DNA of 64,000 nucleotides from Gemmatimonadota bacterium (GTDB taxonomy: Bacteria; Latescibacterota; UBA2968; UBA8231): the NCBI GenBank assembly GCA_038153405.1, contig JAYOYH010000012.1, positions 32,001-96,000 of the forward strand. Reading direction: 5' to 3'. Under the pieces are notes generated by a model that saw nothing but the letters and a program-made list of their open reading frames with translations, ran no database searches and was not told the DNA's origin. The position numbers were made by a program, and so were the translations under genes. Below are positions 49,594-58,345 of the stretch, piece by piece. The first letter of the stretch is position 1. Each line of letters opens with the position of its first letter.

Positions 49594-51251
49594 TAGTTCT
49601 CGCCGCCTTCGCGCACGCGCAGCACAGAGCCGGCAGCGACTGAATACAGCGTGTCGCTAATACCGCTGGGCCACTGCACGCAGACCCATTCGGCCCGCTC
49701 GCTCTCCCCCAGGCCAAAGTACAGGCGCAGGGCGTTGGCGCCGAGGTAGCCCGAGCTGCCATTGACCGTGCGCACTTGTGCACGGTCGTCGACGCGCACC
49801 TCGACGCGCGCGCCCACGCCATGGCGGCTGCTTTGCACACCTACGAGATCAACGGCAATAGCGCCGTTTTTCGTCGCCGTATCGTTGCGCAGCAGCGTCG
49901 GCGCCTCGTCCAGATTGGTAACCAATAGGTCGACGTCGCCATCGCCGTCGTAATCGCCGCTAGCCGTGCCGCGGCTCACCGCTCTTATCGCCAAGCCCGG
50001 TCCGCCGTCCTCTTCTGAATAGACGCCTCCATCGTTGCGAAACAGCTGGTTGCGCTGGGCGTAACCGCCTCCCGTCGAGGCCTTCTCCACCTGCGGATAG
50101 ACGTGGCTATTGACGGCAAATAAATCGAGGTCGCCGTCGCTATCGGCATCAAAAAAGTGCGCTCCCCAGCCAAGGTACTCGACGCTGGGAGCACCAAGAC
50201 CGCTGCCCGATGTCGCATCGACAAAGCGCATTTGGCCATCATTGCGATAGAGCGTATTGGTCTCGCCGTAGAAATTTGTCACAAAGATATCGCCGTCGCC
50301 GTCGCCGTCGTAGTCGCCGACGTCGACGCCCATACCCGACTCCTCTTCGCCGTCGAGGTTAAAGGCGACGCCCGATAGCATGGCCACGTCGACAAAGGTG
50401 CCCCCGTCGTTGCGCCACAGCACGTTGGCGCGTTCGTCGTTGGCCACAAAGACATCCATATCGCCGTCGGCATCGAAGTCTTCGGGCACCACACCCAACC
50501 CGTAGTGATCGTTTGCCGCGGCGATGCCGACCTCGTCGGTGACGTCGGCAAACTGACCGACACCGTCGTTTCTGTAGAGGCGATCCTCGCCTCCAGGCAG
50601 GCCGACGGGCCCGCAAAAGACGCGCAGACCACCCAGGTAGACACAGGGATCCCACAGCTTCGGGTCTTCCAACAGCGGAGCGATATTGAAGGCCACGTAA
50701 TTGCTTACGTAGAGATCGAGATCGCCGTCGTTATCGTAGTCGAAAAAGGCCGCACTGGCGCTAAAGTCGTCGCCCTCTGCCCCCGATATGGTTTCGACAA
50801 AAGCGCCGCCGCCGTTGAGAAAGAGCGCGTTGGCACCATAGTTGGTCAGGTAGATATCGCGCAGGCCATCGCCGTCGACATCGCCGATGGCCACGCCAGC
50901 CCCCCAGCGCCGGTCGCCGAGTCCTGCGCGCTCCGTTTCTTCGACAAAATGCCCGCCGTCGTTGCGGTAGTAGGCGTTGCCCGGCCCGCGGTCATAGGCG
51001 GCAAAGGTAGAGCCGTTGACCAAGTAGAGATCTAAATCGCCGTCGTCGTCACCGTCGAAGAAGGCTGCGCCGCTGCCGTGCGCTTCGAGAATAAAACCCT
51101 TGTCTCTGCTCCCGCCGGTGTGGACAAAGTCGATGCCCGCCTGAGCGGTCTGGTCGCTAAAGGATATTTGAGCAACAGCCGGCGCTGCCAGCGCAATGAG
51201 CAGCGCGGCGGAGCGGATCAGGCGCGGCCCGGTGCGTTGCTCAGTGCGCAC
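49593..51251 (-). CDS. CRTAC1 family protein (FG-GAP/VCBS repeats + ASPIC/UnbV domain), secreted
   Basis: Signal peptide ending PAVA, seven DxDxDGDxD-type repeats, C-terminal GARVEV...YFGLG...VQWPSG. Confidence 0.88.
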   Translation of the reverse strand: MRTEQRTGPRLIRSAALLIALAAPAVAQISFSDQTAQAGIDFVHTGGSRDKGFILEAHGSGAAFFDGDDDGDLDLYLVNGSTFAAYDRGPGNAYYRNDGGHFVEETERAGLGDRRWGAGVAIGDVDGDGLRDIYLTNYGANALFLNGGGAFVETISGAEGDDFSASAAFFDYDNDGDLDLYVSNYVAFNIAPLLEDPKLWDPCVYLGGLRVFCGPVGLPGGEDRLYRNDGVGQFADVTDEVGIAAANDHYGLGVVPEDFDADGDMDVFVANDERANVLWRNDGGTFVDVAMLSGVAFNLDGEEESGMGVDVGDYDGDGDGDIFVTNFYGETNTLYRNDGQMRFVDATSGSGLGAPSVEYLGWGAHFFDADSDGDLDLFAVNSHVYPQVEKASTGGGYAQRNQLFRNDGGVYSEEDGGPGLAIRAVSRGTASGDYDGDGDVDLLVTNLDEAPTLLRNDTATKNGAIAVDLVGVQSSRHGVGARVEVRVDDRAQVRTVNGSSGYLGANALRLYFGLGESERAEWVCVQWPSGISDTLYSVAAGSVLRVREGGEN

Positions 51252-51957
51252 ATCGAAAGCCCAGCGTATTGCCCTTCACATAGGAGTGGGCATCTTTGGT
51301 ATTCGAGCGCTTGTCGCACTGTGCCAACGTATTGCCATTGACCCACGAACCGCCGCGCAGAAACTGCAGGTCGCCCTCCGACTGCGTCCACTCCCACACG
51401 TTACCCGCCATGTCCATGATGCCAAATGGACTGGCTCCTTTGGGAAAGGTGCCGACCGGCGCCGTGCGCACATAGCCATCGTGCTTGTGGCCGTATATAT
51501 TGGCGTAACCCTGTTCAAAAGTGCCTCCCCATGGATATTTCAATCCCTCTGGCCCCTCGCAGGCATAGCGCCACTCCTGCTGGGTCGGCAGGCGTTTGCC
51601 GGCCCACGCGCAGTAGGCGCGCGCGCCGTGCCAAGACACCTCCACCACCGGATGCGTGGCAAAACTGTCTTTGGCGGCAAAGACCCCATCCTTCTCCTCA
51701 ATCAGCGCAAAGCGGCTGCGCAATTCGACCCAGTAGGCGCCCTCTTCCTGCTGGTTGCCGCGTTCGTTGAGAAATTCGGCATACTCGGCATTGGTCACTT
51801 CGAACGTATCGAGGTGATAGGCGCTGCCGTCGCGATCGATGCGAACAGACGGGCCGCCTTTGAGCGAATCCGGCCGCGATGCGACGTCCTGCGCACCGAG
51901 CGCAATCGGCAGCAGCAGTGCGCAGCACGCTGCAATACAGTAGGCGTATCTATCCAT
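51241..51957 (-). CDS. FGE-sulfatase (SUMF1/PvdO-type) fold protein, secreted, probably non-catalytic
   Basis: EVTNAEY, HPVVEVSW, KRLPT, YPWG, DMAGNVWEW, RGGSW and GFRC motifs. Confidence 0.85.
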   Translation of the reverse strand: MDRYAYCIAACCALLLPIALGAQDVASRPDSLKGGPSVRIDRDGSAYHLDTFEVTNAEYAEFLNERGNQQEEGAYWVELRSRFALIEEKDGVFAAKDSFATHPVVEVSWHGARAYCAWAGKRLPTQQEWRYACEGPEGLKYPWGGTFEQGYANIYGHKHDGYVRTAPVGTFPKGASPFGIMDMAGNVWEWTQSEGDLQFLRGGSWVNGNTLAQCDKRSNTKDAHSYVKGNTLGFRCAH

Positions 51958-52813
51958 TGTATATGCCCTCTACGTAACGAGAAACAGTGGTGCTAAATCC
52001 TTCTTCTGCAAGCGACGGACCTACTTCAATATGCGTACCTGCGATCAGACGGCGCACTTCGGGCTTGGCATTGCCCATCAGCACACCCACCCCAGCCGCT
52101 TTGAGCATCGGCAAATCGTTGTCGCCGTCGCCTATAGCCAGCGTTTCGTCCAAGGCGGCACCCACCTCGCGCGCCAGCGCGCGCAGGGCGACGGATTTGT
52201 CGACGTGCGGCGGCATGACCTCTATCCGATCTGGAATCGACCAAGTCGCATAGAGGCGCTGCCCCCAGCGCGCGTTCATCGCCTCCATCACCGCAGTGCG
52301 CTGCTCTTCGCCGGTGACCATCATAATTTTGGGCGGCGCAGCGACCTCACCGGCCAAACAGCGCTCGTAGAGGGCCTCGTCGTGTATAAAGCCCGGCCCT
52401 CCGAACACTTCTAACCCCTCTACCGAGTGCGAGTGGCGGTACTCTTCGCGCAGACCGCCCTCTTCCTGCGCGCACAGGCAGCAAATCAGATTAAAATCGC
52501 CCGCTCGACTAAAGGCGACCAATTCGCTAAAAAGTTCCGCGTCGAGGCGCTCTTGGTGCAGCAAGCGGCGCCGCCCATCGCGTTCGGCGCTGACGGCAAC
52601 GCCGCCGTTATAGCCGCCCACGTAGAGGGCAGAGGCCACATGCGGCCAGTCGGCCAGTGGCTCCTGCGAACGGCGAATGCTGCGGCCGCTATTGCTGGCC
52701 ACCGCAATGCCCCGTTCGAGCAGCGACTCAATGGTTCGCAGCGACGCAGCCGATAGGTTGCTTTCCTCATCCAGTATAGTGCCGTCCATATCAAAGGCAA
52801 CTAGCTTAATCAT
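51950..52813 (-). CDS. Cof-type HAD-IIB hydrolase
   Basis: DMDGT, SGR, K and GDGDND motifs. Confidence 0.88.
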   Translation of the reverse strand: MIKLVAFDMDGTILDEESNLSAASLRTIESLLERGIAVASNSGRSIRRSQEPLADWPHVASALYVGGYNGGVAVSAERDGRRRLLHQERLDAELFSELVAFSRAGDFNLICCLCAQEEGGLREEYRHSHSVEGLEVFGGPGFIHDEALYERCLAGEVAAPPKIMMVTGEEQRTAVMEAMNARWGQRLYATWSIPDRIEVMPPHVDKSVALRALAREVGAALDETLAIGDGDNDLPMLKAAGVGVLMGNAKPEVRRLIAGTHIEVGPSLAEEGFSTTVSRYVEGIYNG

Positions 52814-54194
52814 GATCCTCCTGCCATTTTTGCTCTACGTCGCGCAGGCGCTGCTGCTCGCGTTCGTCGCCGCGCGCCAGTTCTATGTAGCGCTGCCACT
52901 CGGCGCGTGCGCGCTCCGGATAGGCGCGCTCGTAGGTGGCGGCCAAGTGGTAGCGCCACAGCGCGCGCTCCGGCTCTAGCTGCACCGATGCCTCGCCGGC
53001 GTCTAACGCCGCGCCCAGCACGCCTAATTGCCGATATACATCACCCAGCGATGCGTGCAGTTCCGCGTTGTTGGGATACTGTGCTACGCCATCGGAAAAA
53101 ACCTTTACCGCCGCGCGCAGACGCCCCCGGTGAACGTGGAGTCCCCCCAGTTTAAGAGCGGCATCCCCGCCGTCTTCGCCAATGGCCAGAGCCTGCTTAA
53201 ACGCATCCTCTGCCCCCTGCCAATCGCCGCGCTGGCTGTGCACGATGCCCATGCTAACCCATGCGCTTGCATCCTGCGGGCTCTGGGTGGCCAACTCGGC
53301 GTAAACCGCCAGCGCCTCATCGAGGCGCCCTGCGGCGCTATAAAGCAGCGCGGTATAGCGCTGGGCCAGCGGCAGGTCGGGGGCCAGTGCCCGGGCGCGC
53401 TCCATGTGTTCCAAGGCGCGCTGCGCGTCGCCATCCTCCCATAGAAAACGCCCCATTTCCTGGTGCAAAAGCGGCGAATCCGTCCGCCGCGCCAAGCCCT
53501 CGGCCAGCACGCCGCGACCTATTTGCGGCTGGCTCATTTCGCGGTGAAGCGACGCTAGCTCTATGCGTGCCACGACATCATCGGCATCGACTTCCAACGC
53601 CTTGGCATAGAGCACCAACGCCTCGTCGCGCTGCCCCAAGCGCGCTTCTACGCGTGCCAAATGTGTATGCACGTCGCGCATTTGTGCGTCGATTTGCAGC
53701 GCGGCGCGATAGGCCGCACGGGCCGACTGCAGGTGTTCATCCACGTGGCCCAGAGCCGCATAGGCATGTCCCAGACGAGCGTAGAGCCGCGCCGAACGCT
53801 CGCCGCGGCGCAGCGCGTCCTGATAGGCCCGCTGTGCGCCGCTGTAGCGGCCCTGCGCCGCCAGCGCAAAGCCCAAGCCTGCGTAGGCCGCGCCCATATC
53901 AGGATGTCGTTCGACGAGCTGGCGATAGAGCACCGTAGCCTCTTCGTATGCGCCCTGTGCCTCGTACAGGGCCGCCAAATTCAGCGCCGCATCGACCATG
54001 GTCGAATCGAGCGCCAGCGCCTGTTGCTCGGCGTATTGCGCCGTTGCTAGCACCTGTGGATCAAGCGTGCGCAACGCGCGCCCCCCCACGGTTTCCACCG
54101 CTTCGGCGTGCCAGGCCTGGGCATCTTTTTGCCCGCATCCATTGCAGAGGGCACAGCTCAACAGTGCGCAGAGCGCAGACGCCAGGTATTTCAT
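52806..54194 (-). CDS. TPR repeat lipoprotein
   Basis: Cys-containing signal (CNGC) followed by about ten TPR repeats. Confidence 0.82.
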   Translation of the reverse strand: MKYLASALCALLSCALCNGCGQKDAQAWHAEAVETVGGRALRTLDPQVLATAQYAEQQALALDSTMVDAALNLAALYEAQGAYEEATVLYRQLVERHPDMGAAYAGLGFALAAQGRYSGAQRAYQDALRRGERSARLYARLGHAYAALGHVDEHLQSARAAYRAALQIDAQMRDVHTHLARVEARLGQRDEALVLYAKALEVDADDVVARIELASLHREMSQPQIGRGVLAEGLARRTDSPLLHQEMGRFLWEDGDAQRALEHMERARALAPDLPLAQRYTALLYSAAGRLDEALAVYAELATQSPQDASAWVSMGIVHSQRGDWQGAEDAFKQALAIGEDGGDAALKLGGLHVHRGRLRAAVKVFSDGVAQYPNNAELHASLGDVYRQLGVLGAALDAGEASVQLEPERALWRYHLAATYERAYPERARAEWQRYIELARGDEREQQRLRDVEQKWQEDHD

Positions 54195-56320
54195 TGCACC
54201 GCCTCCAAGCGCGCCAGTCCCTCTACGACGCGCCAGCGACGGTCGACCGCCACATCGGCAAATACGTCCGTTATGCCGCTCGGCCAGCGCACGGCCACCT
54301 GCTCCGCGCGCGCGCAGTCGCCCAAGCCAAATTCGGCCTCCAGGCTATTGCTGTTGCCGAAGCTATAACCAGAGGCCACTTCGCGGATTTGCCTGCGCTC
54401 TCCGCACTGTACTTCAATGCGCGCACCTAGCCCATCGCGATTGCTCTGCCGACCTCGCAGCTGCACGACGAGCCAGTGGTTGCCAAAGCCGTCGTTGCGA
54501 TAAAGGGCATTGTGCCAATGGTCGCCGGGCTGCGCACCGCCGGAGGGCACGTAGAGGTCGACGTCGCCGTCGCCGTCGTAGTCGGCAAACGTCACGCCGT
54601 GCGACTTGCCGACGTGGCCGAGCCCAAGCGCTTCGGTAGCGTCGACAAACGTGCCGTCACCGAGGTTGCGATAGAGCACGTCGGGATCGCGGCGACTCAT
54701 CTGTGGACCGCCGTTGCCCAAGTACAGATCGACCCATCCGTCGTTGTCCACATCGGCCGACACGCCGCTCATTGTCCCTTCGGCACGCGCCATGCCGGCC
54801 GCCTCTGTTACGTCGGCAAACGCACCGTTGCCGAGGTTGCGGTAGAGGACCGGTCGGTCGCGCGCGCTCGTGCTGCGACCGGCCGCGCGATCGGCCAGCA
54901 CCCGATCAAACAGGCTCCAATTGCCGACAAAGAGGTCGAGCTGACCGTCGTTGTCGTAGTCGAGTGTAAACGTTATAAAGCCGTCAATATGTGCGGCAGC
55001 CGTGCCCGAAGATTCCGTAATATCGGCAAAGGCCCCGTCGCCCTCGTTGCGATACAGCGCATTGGGCTCGGTGAAATTGCATACGTAGAGATCGGCATCG
55101 CCGTCGCCGTCGAAATCGCCCCACGCCGCGCTCAGGCTCTGACCGCGGTGGTCCACACCCGCCGCACCGGCCACGTCGACAAAGGTGCCGTCACCGCGGT
55201 TGCGATAGAGCACATTGGTCGAATCGCCGGTGGCTCCCGTGCCGTTGGCCACGTAGATATCGACCCAACCATCGCCGTCGTAGTCGGCAAAGGCCGCGCA
55301 AAAGCCGGAGCCCGTATCGCCGACGCCGGCGCGCTCCGTCACATCGACAAAATGCCCATCGCCGTTGTTGGCAAACAGCACATTGGCACCACCGCCAAAC
55401 CAGCCATCGCGCGTTATATAAAGATCGGCATCGCCGTCGTTGTCGTAGTCGGCTACCTGCGTGCCAATGCCACCCGCTGGCAGTTCTAAGCCCGCTTCGC
55501 GCGTGTTCTCGGCAAAGCGCGCTCCATCGTTGCGGTAGTAGGCCAAGTCGGGATGGCCCAGCGCAACTAAGTCTAGATCGCCGTCGCCATCGAAATCGGC
55601 CCAGGCGCTCGAGCGCCCACCGTCGAGCTTGTCGACGCCCACTTCGACGCCCACTTCGCGGAATCGGCCCGCCAGCGCGTGGGCCGGAGAGTCGGCCTGT
55701 GGAAAGCGATAGGTCTCAGGGATATCGGCACTGCCAGCGCCCAGCGCCCGATGCACTTCGCGCAGGCTCCACCTGAGCGCTAGTGCATCGGGATGCCGCT
55801 CGATGGCCCGGCGCAGCAGCGAATCGGCGCGCGCGTATTCCCCCTGCCAAATAGCGGTTACCGATGCCTGGTAGAGCGGCTCGTAGCCGGTTGGGTCGAC
55901 CGCCAACGCACGCGCAAAATATGCCTTCGCCTGCGCGTAACGTCCCTCCTCGAGCGCCTCGCGACCGCGGCCCAAAAACGTCTCGAGAATCAGCGCGCGC
56001 GCGGCCGTTAGCTGCGCGTTCAGCGCCAGTGCACGCTGCAGCTGTTCTACCCCATCGTCGATGCGCCCCTGTAACAGGCGCAGGCGCCCCAGCTGCCAGT
56101 GCCCTTCATAGGCATCTGGCGACAGCGCCACGCAGCGGCTGAAGGCGCGTTCAGCCTCCAGTAGACGATGGCGTTCAAGCAGATCCAGGCCCGTTCGATA
56201 GGCGTCCAAGAAATCCGCCGAGCGCGCGGGCACACGCGGATCGTTGCCAGCGCACGAGGCGATGCACAGCACCGCACAAAGACCGTTTAACAGACGAGAT
56301 ATAGCAGGATTTCTTAGCAC
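54191..56320 (-). CDS. TPR + FG-GAP/ASPIC-UnbV (CRTAC1-like) fusion lipoprotein
   Basis: Lipobox IASC, N-terminal TPRs, repeated ADYDxDGDxD, C-terminal SNRDGLGARIEV...FGLG...VRWPSG. Confidence 0.87.
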   Translation of the reverse strand: MLRNPAISRLLNGLCAVLCIASCAGNDPRVPARSADFLDAYRTGLDLLERHRLLEAERAFSRCVALSPDAYEGHWQLGRLRLLQGRIDDGVEQLQRALALNAQLTAARALILETFLGRGREALEEGRYAQAKAYFARALAVDPTGYEPLYQASVTAIWQGEYARADSLLRRAIERHPDALALRWSLREVHRALGAGSADIPETYRFPQADSPAHALAGRFREVGVEVGVDKLDGGRSSAWADFDGDGDLDLVALGHPDLAYYRNDGARFAENTREAGLELPAGGIGTQVADYDNDGDADLYITRDGWFGGGANVLFANNGDGHFVDVTERAGVGDTGSGFCAAFADYDGDGWVDIYVANGTGATGDSTNVLYRNRGDGTFVDVAGAAGVDHRGQSLSAAWGDFDGDGDADLYVCNFTEPNALYRNEGDGAFADITESSGTAAAHIDGFITFTLDYDNDGQLDLFVGNWSLFDRVLADRAAGRSTSARDRPVLYRNLGNGAFADVTEAAGMARAEGTMSGVSADVDNDGWVDLYLGNGGPQMSRRDPDVLYRNLGDGTFVDATEALGLGHVGKSHGVTFADYDGDGDVDLYVPSGGAQPGDHWHNALYRNDGFGNHWLVVQLRGRQSNRDGLGARIEVQCGERRQIREVASGYSFGNSNSLEAEFGLGDCARAEQVAVRWPSGITDVFADVAVDRRWRVVEGLARLEAVQ

Positions 56321-56388
56321 GTCGAGAAGTGAGCTGACCTGAAGTTTTGCGCAATATCGCGCAGCGCTGGAACAACATCAACTTCTCT

Positions 56389-56417
56389 TTGCCATTTGTC
56401 AACGTTTCTAGTAAATT
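56389..56417 (+). promoter_or_regulatory. Candidate sigma70 promoter in the divergent gap
   Basis: TTGCCA-N17-TAAATT about 40 nt before ATG 56458. An opposite-strand TTGACA (56397-56402) lies in the spacer. Confidence 0.45.
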
Positions 56418-56457
56418 GCAGCCCGTCTCCAATCGCTCACCTGCAAAGGAGTTTCCA

Positions 56458-57576
56458 ATGCGCATCGCCCTCATGGTTGCCGCTATGCTCTGCACTACAG
56501 CCCTATCCGCTTCAGAAAACCGCCCCACGCTCAGCATGGGAGGCAAAGCCGCCCAGCTCGTCATCGACTTGGGCGGCGGTTCTATCGCCGACTTCCACCT
56601 CGGCCAAGATGGACTCAACCCGCTGCAGTGGGACTCGTGGGACTTCAGTGACGATCCCTCTGCCGAGCCACCGCTCGAACCCCGCTCCATGGGACACTTT
56701 CTCTGCCTCGATCGCTGGGGACCGGCCACGGAAACCGAAACCGAGATGGGCATGGGGTGGCACGGCGAAGCGTCGCGCAGTTGGTGGAGCGTGCGCCAAG
56801 CGCCGACGCACGGTGAGGGCAGCACCCAGGCGCAAATGGCCGCAGTGCTGCCGCTGGCCGGACTCGAAGTGCTGCGCACCGTTCGCCTACACGACGATCA
56901 GGCCATTTTCACTGTCAGCGAGGCGGTGACCAATACGCGCCACATTGGGCGCATCTACAACATCGTCCAGCATCCGACCATCGGCCCGCCCTTTCTCGAC
57001 GAGAGCACCGTCGTGGATGCCAACGGCACGCGCGGCTTTATGCAGGAGACGCCGGCGCCCAACTTTGAAACGCCAGAAGTGCGCTGGCCCAACGCCTTGC
57101 AAAAGGACGGCACCGAAGTCAACCTGCGCCATCTTACGGACGACGCGGCGCCCGGTGTGGTATCCTATATCATCGAAGAAGAATACGGCTGGGTGACGGC
57201 GATCAATGCCTCCAAAGAATTGCTTATCGGCTATATTTGGCCCAGCGCCGACTATCCGTGGTTTGACGCCTGGCGCCACGTGGCCGACGGCAAACCCTTT
57301 GCACGCGGACTCGAATTCGGTACGACGGGCCTGCACCAGCCCGGTCCCGTGCTGGTAGAAAAGGGCAAGATCTTTGACCGCCACCTGTTCCGCTTTATCG
57401 ATGCCGGCGAAACACAGACATTCTCCTACGCTAACTTCCTCATGGAAATTCCGCAGGATTTTAACGGCGTAGAAAGCGTGGCCTACAACGGCAGCGAAAT
57501 TGTCGTGAGCGAGCGCGGCGGCAAGGGACGCGCGCTGAAAATGCAGGTGGGAACGCTCTTCGCAGCGGCCGAGTAG
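56458..57576 (+). CDS. Secreted galactose-mutarotase/aldose-epimerase-like fold protein
   Basis: AAGGAG RBS, signal peptide ending ALSA, beta-rich sequence with WHGEAS, QHPTIG and GLEFG resembling aldose-epimerase HG/H/E motifs. Confidence 0.55.
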   Translation: MRIALMVAAMLCTTALSASENRPTLSMGGKAAQLVIDLGGGSIADFHLGQDGLNPLQWDSWDFSDDPSAEPPLEPRSMGHFLCLDRWGPATETETEMGMGWHGEASRSWWSVRQAPTHGEGSTQAQMAAVLPLAGLEVLRTVRLHDDQAIFTVSEAVTNTRHIGRIYNIVQHPTIGPPFLDESTVVDANGTRGFMQETPAPNFETPEVRWPNALQKDGTEVNLRHLTDDAAPGVVSYIIEEEYGWVTAINASKELLIGYIWPSADYPWFDAWRHVADGKPFARGLEFGTTGLHQPGPVLVEKGKIFDRHLFRFIDAGETQTFSYANFLMEIPQDFNGVESVAYNGSEIVVSERGGKGRALKMQVGTLFAAAE

Positions 57577-57642
57577 CATCGCTTTGCCAGCGATGCCGCA
57601 TAGCGCAAGACGCGGGCGCCGCATCCCAACGCGGCGCCCGCG
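57576..57642. other. Two adjacent GC-rich hairpins after the stop codon
   Basis: GCATCGCT-TTGCC-AGCGATGC (57576-57596) and a perfect 12-bp stem CGCGGGCGCCGC-ATCCCAAC-GCGGCGCCCGCG (57611-57642). No U-tract. Confidence 0.5.
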
Positions 57643-57660
57643 ACGGCGCATTCATCTGCC

Positions 57661-57806
57661 GGCTACGGCACGCGCACTAGGCGGTCAGTCTGCCTTTGTC
57701 GTGGCGCGCAACGAGGCGCGGGGGTCGTGCATCGTGGAACGGCGGTGATTTTCGCGGCATCAACTGGATGCAGCGCCGTCCGCACGTCTACGAGGCCTAT
57801 CTTAGA
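57661..57806 (+). pseudogene. Possible remnant of a carbon-nitrogen hydrolase (nitrilase family) C-terminus
   Basis: One frame reads ARALGGQSAFVVARNEARGSCIVERR, and an overlapping frame reads FRGINWMQRRPHVYEAYL. No start codon. Confidence 0.3.
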
Positions 57807-57844
57807 CGCGGCCAATCGCGCTTCGCTGTGATAGGAAAGCGAGC

Positions 57845-58321
57845 CTAATACACCCCATCTTCAAAGCGTAGCTTGCCCTGCGAAGCACGGGTAAAATACG
57901 CCTCTACCGTCTGGCGCGTGCGCGGAAACAGCCGGCGCAGCTCGTCGACGACGGCCTGTACGTTGGCCTCATCCTCTCCCATATCGAGCAATAGGCGCGC
58001 ATAGAGAAAGAGCAGCTGCTGGTTGTGGCGATCGGCTTCCAGCGCCTTTTCAAGATGGGCGCGCGCCGCTTTGAGCTGGCCCTTTTCAGCCAGTGCCGTG
58101 CCCATCAGCAAGTTGGGCTGCGCGCCCTCCGGATAGAGCGTCAGCAGAACGCGCGCCACCTCTTCGAGCGACTCGCCCTTGAGAGTCGGATGGCCGCGCG
58201 CGTGCGTGCGATCGGCAAGGTGTTCGTACTCGGCTGCGCGCTGGCGCTCTACATAAGCCAAGACCGCGCCTATAGCCATGATGATGAACAGGAGTTTAAA
58301 GGGGCGTAAATAGCGCATCAT
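57845..58321 (-). CDS. Small membrane-anchored TPR protein
   Basis: N-terminal TM helix and one to two TPR-like repeats (LLMGTALAEKGQLKAARAHLEKAL). Confidence 0.7.
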   Translation of the reverse strand: MMRYLRPFKLLFIIMAIGAVLAYVERQRAAEYEHLADRTHARGHPTLKGESLEEVARVLLTLYPEGAQPNLLMGTALAEKGQLKAARAHLEKALEADRHNQQLLFLYARLLLDMGEDEANVQAVVDELRRLFPRTRQTVEAYFTRASQGKLRFEDGVY

Positions 58322-58345
58322 TCACCATGCGTGCACACCGACGAA

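Noticed and set aside
51241..51370. FGE/C-type-lectin C-terminus as a possible diversity-generating retroelement target
   Set aside because: No reverse transcriptase and no second near-identical template repeat is visible in the window.
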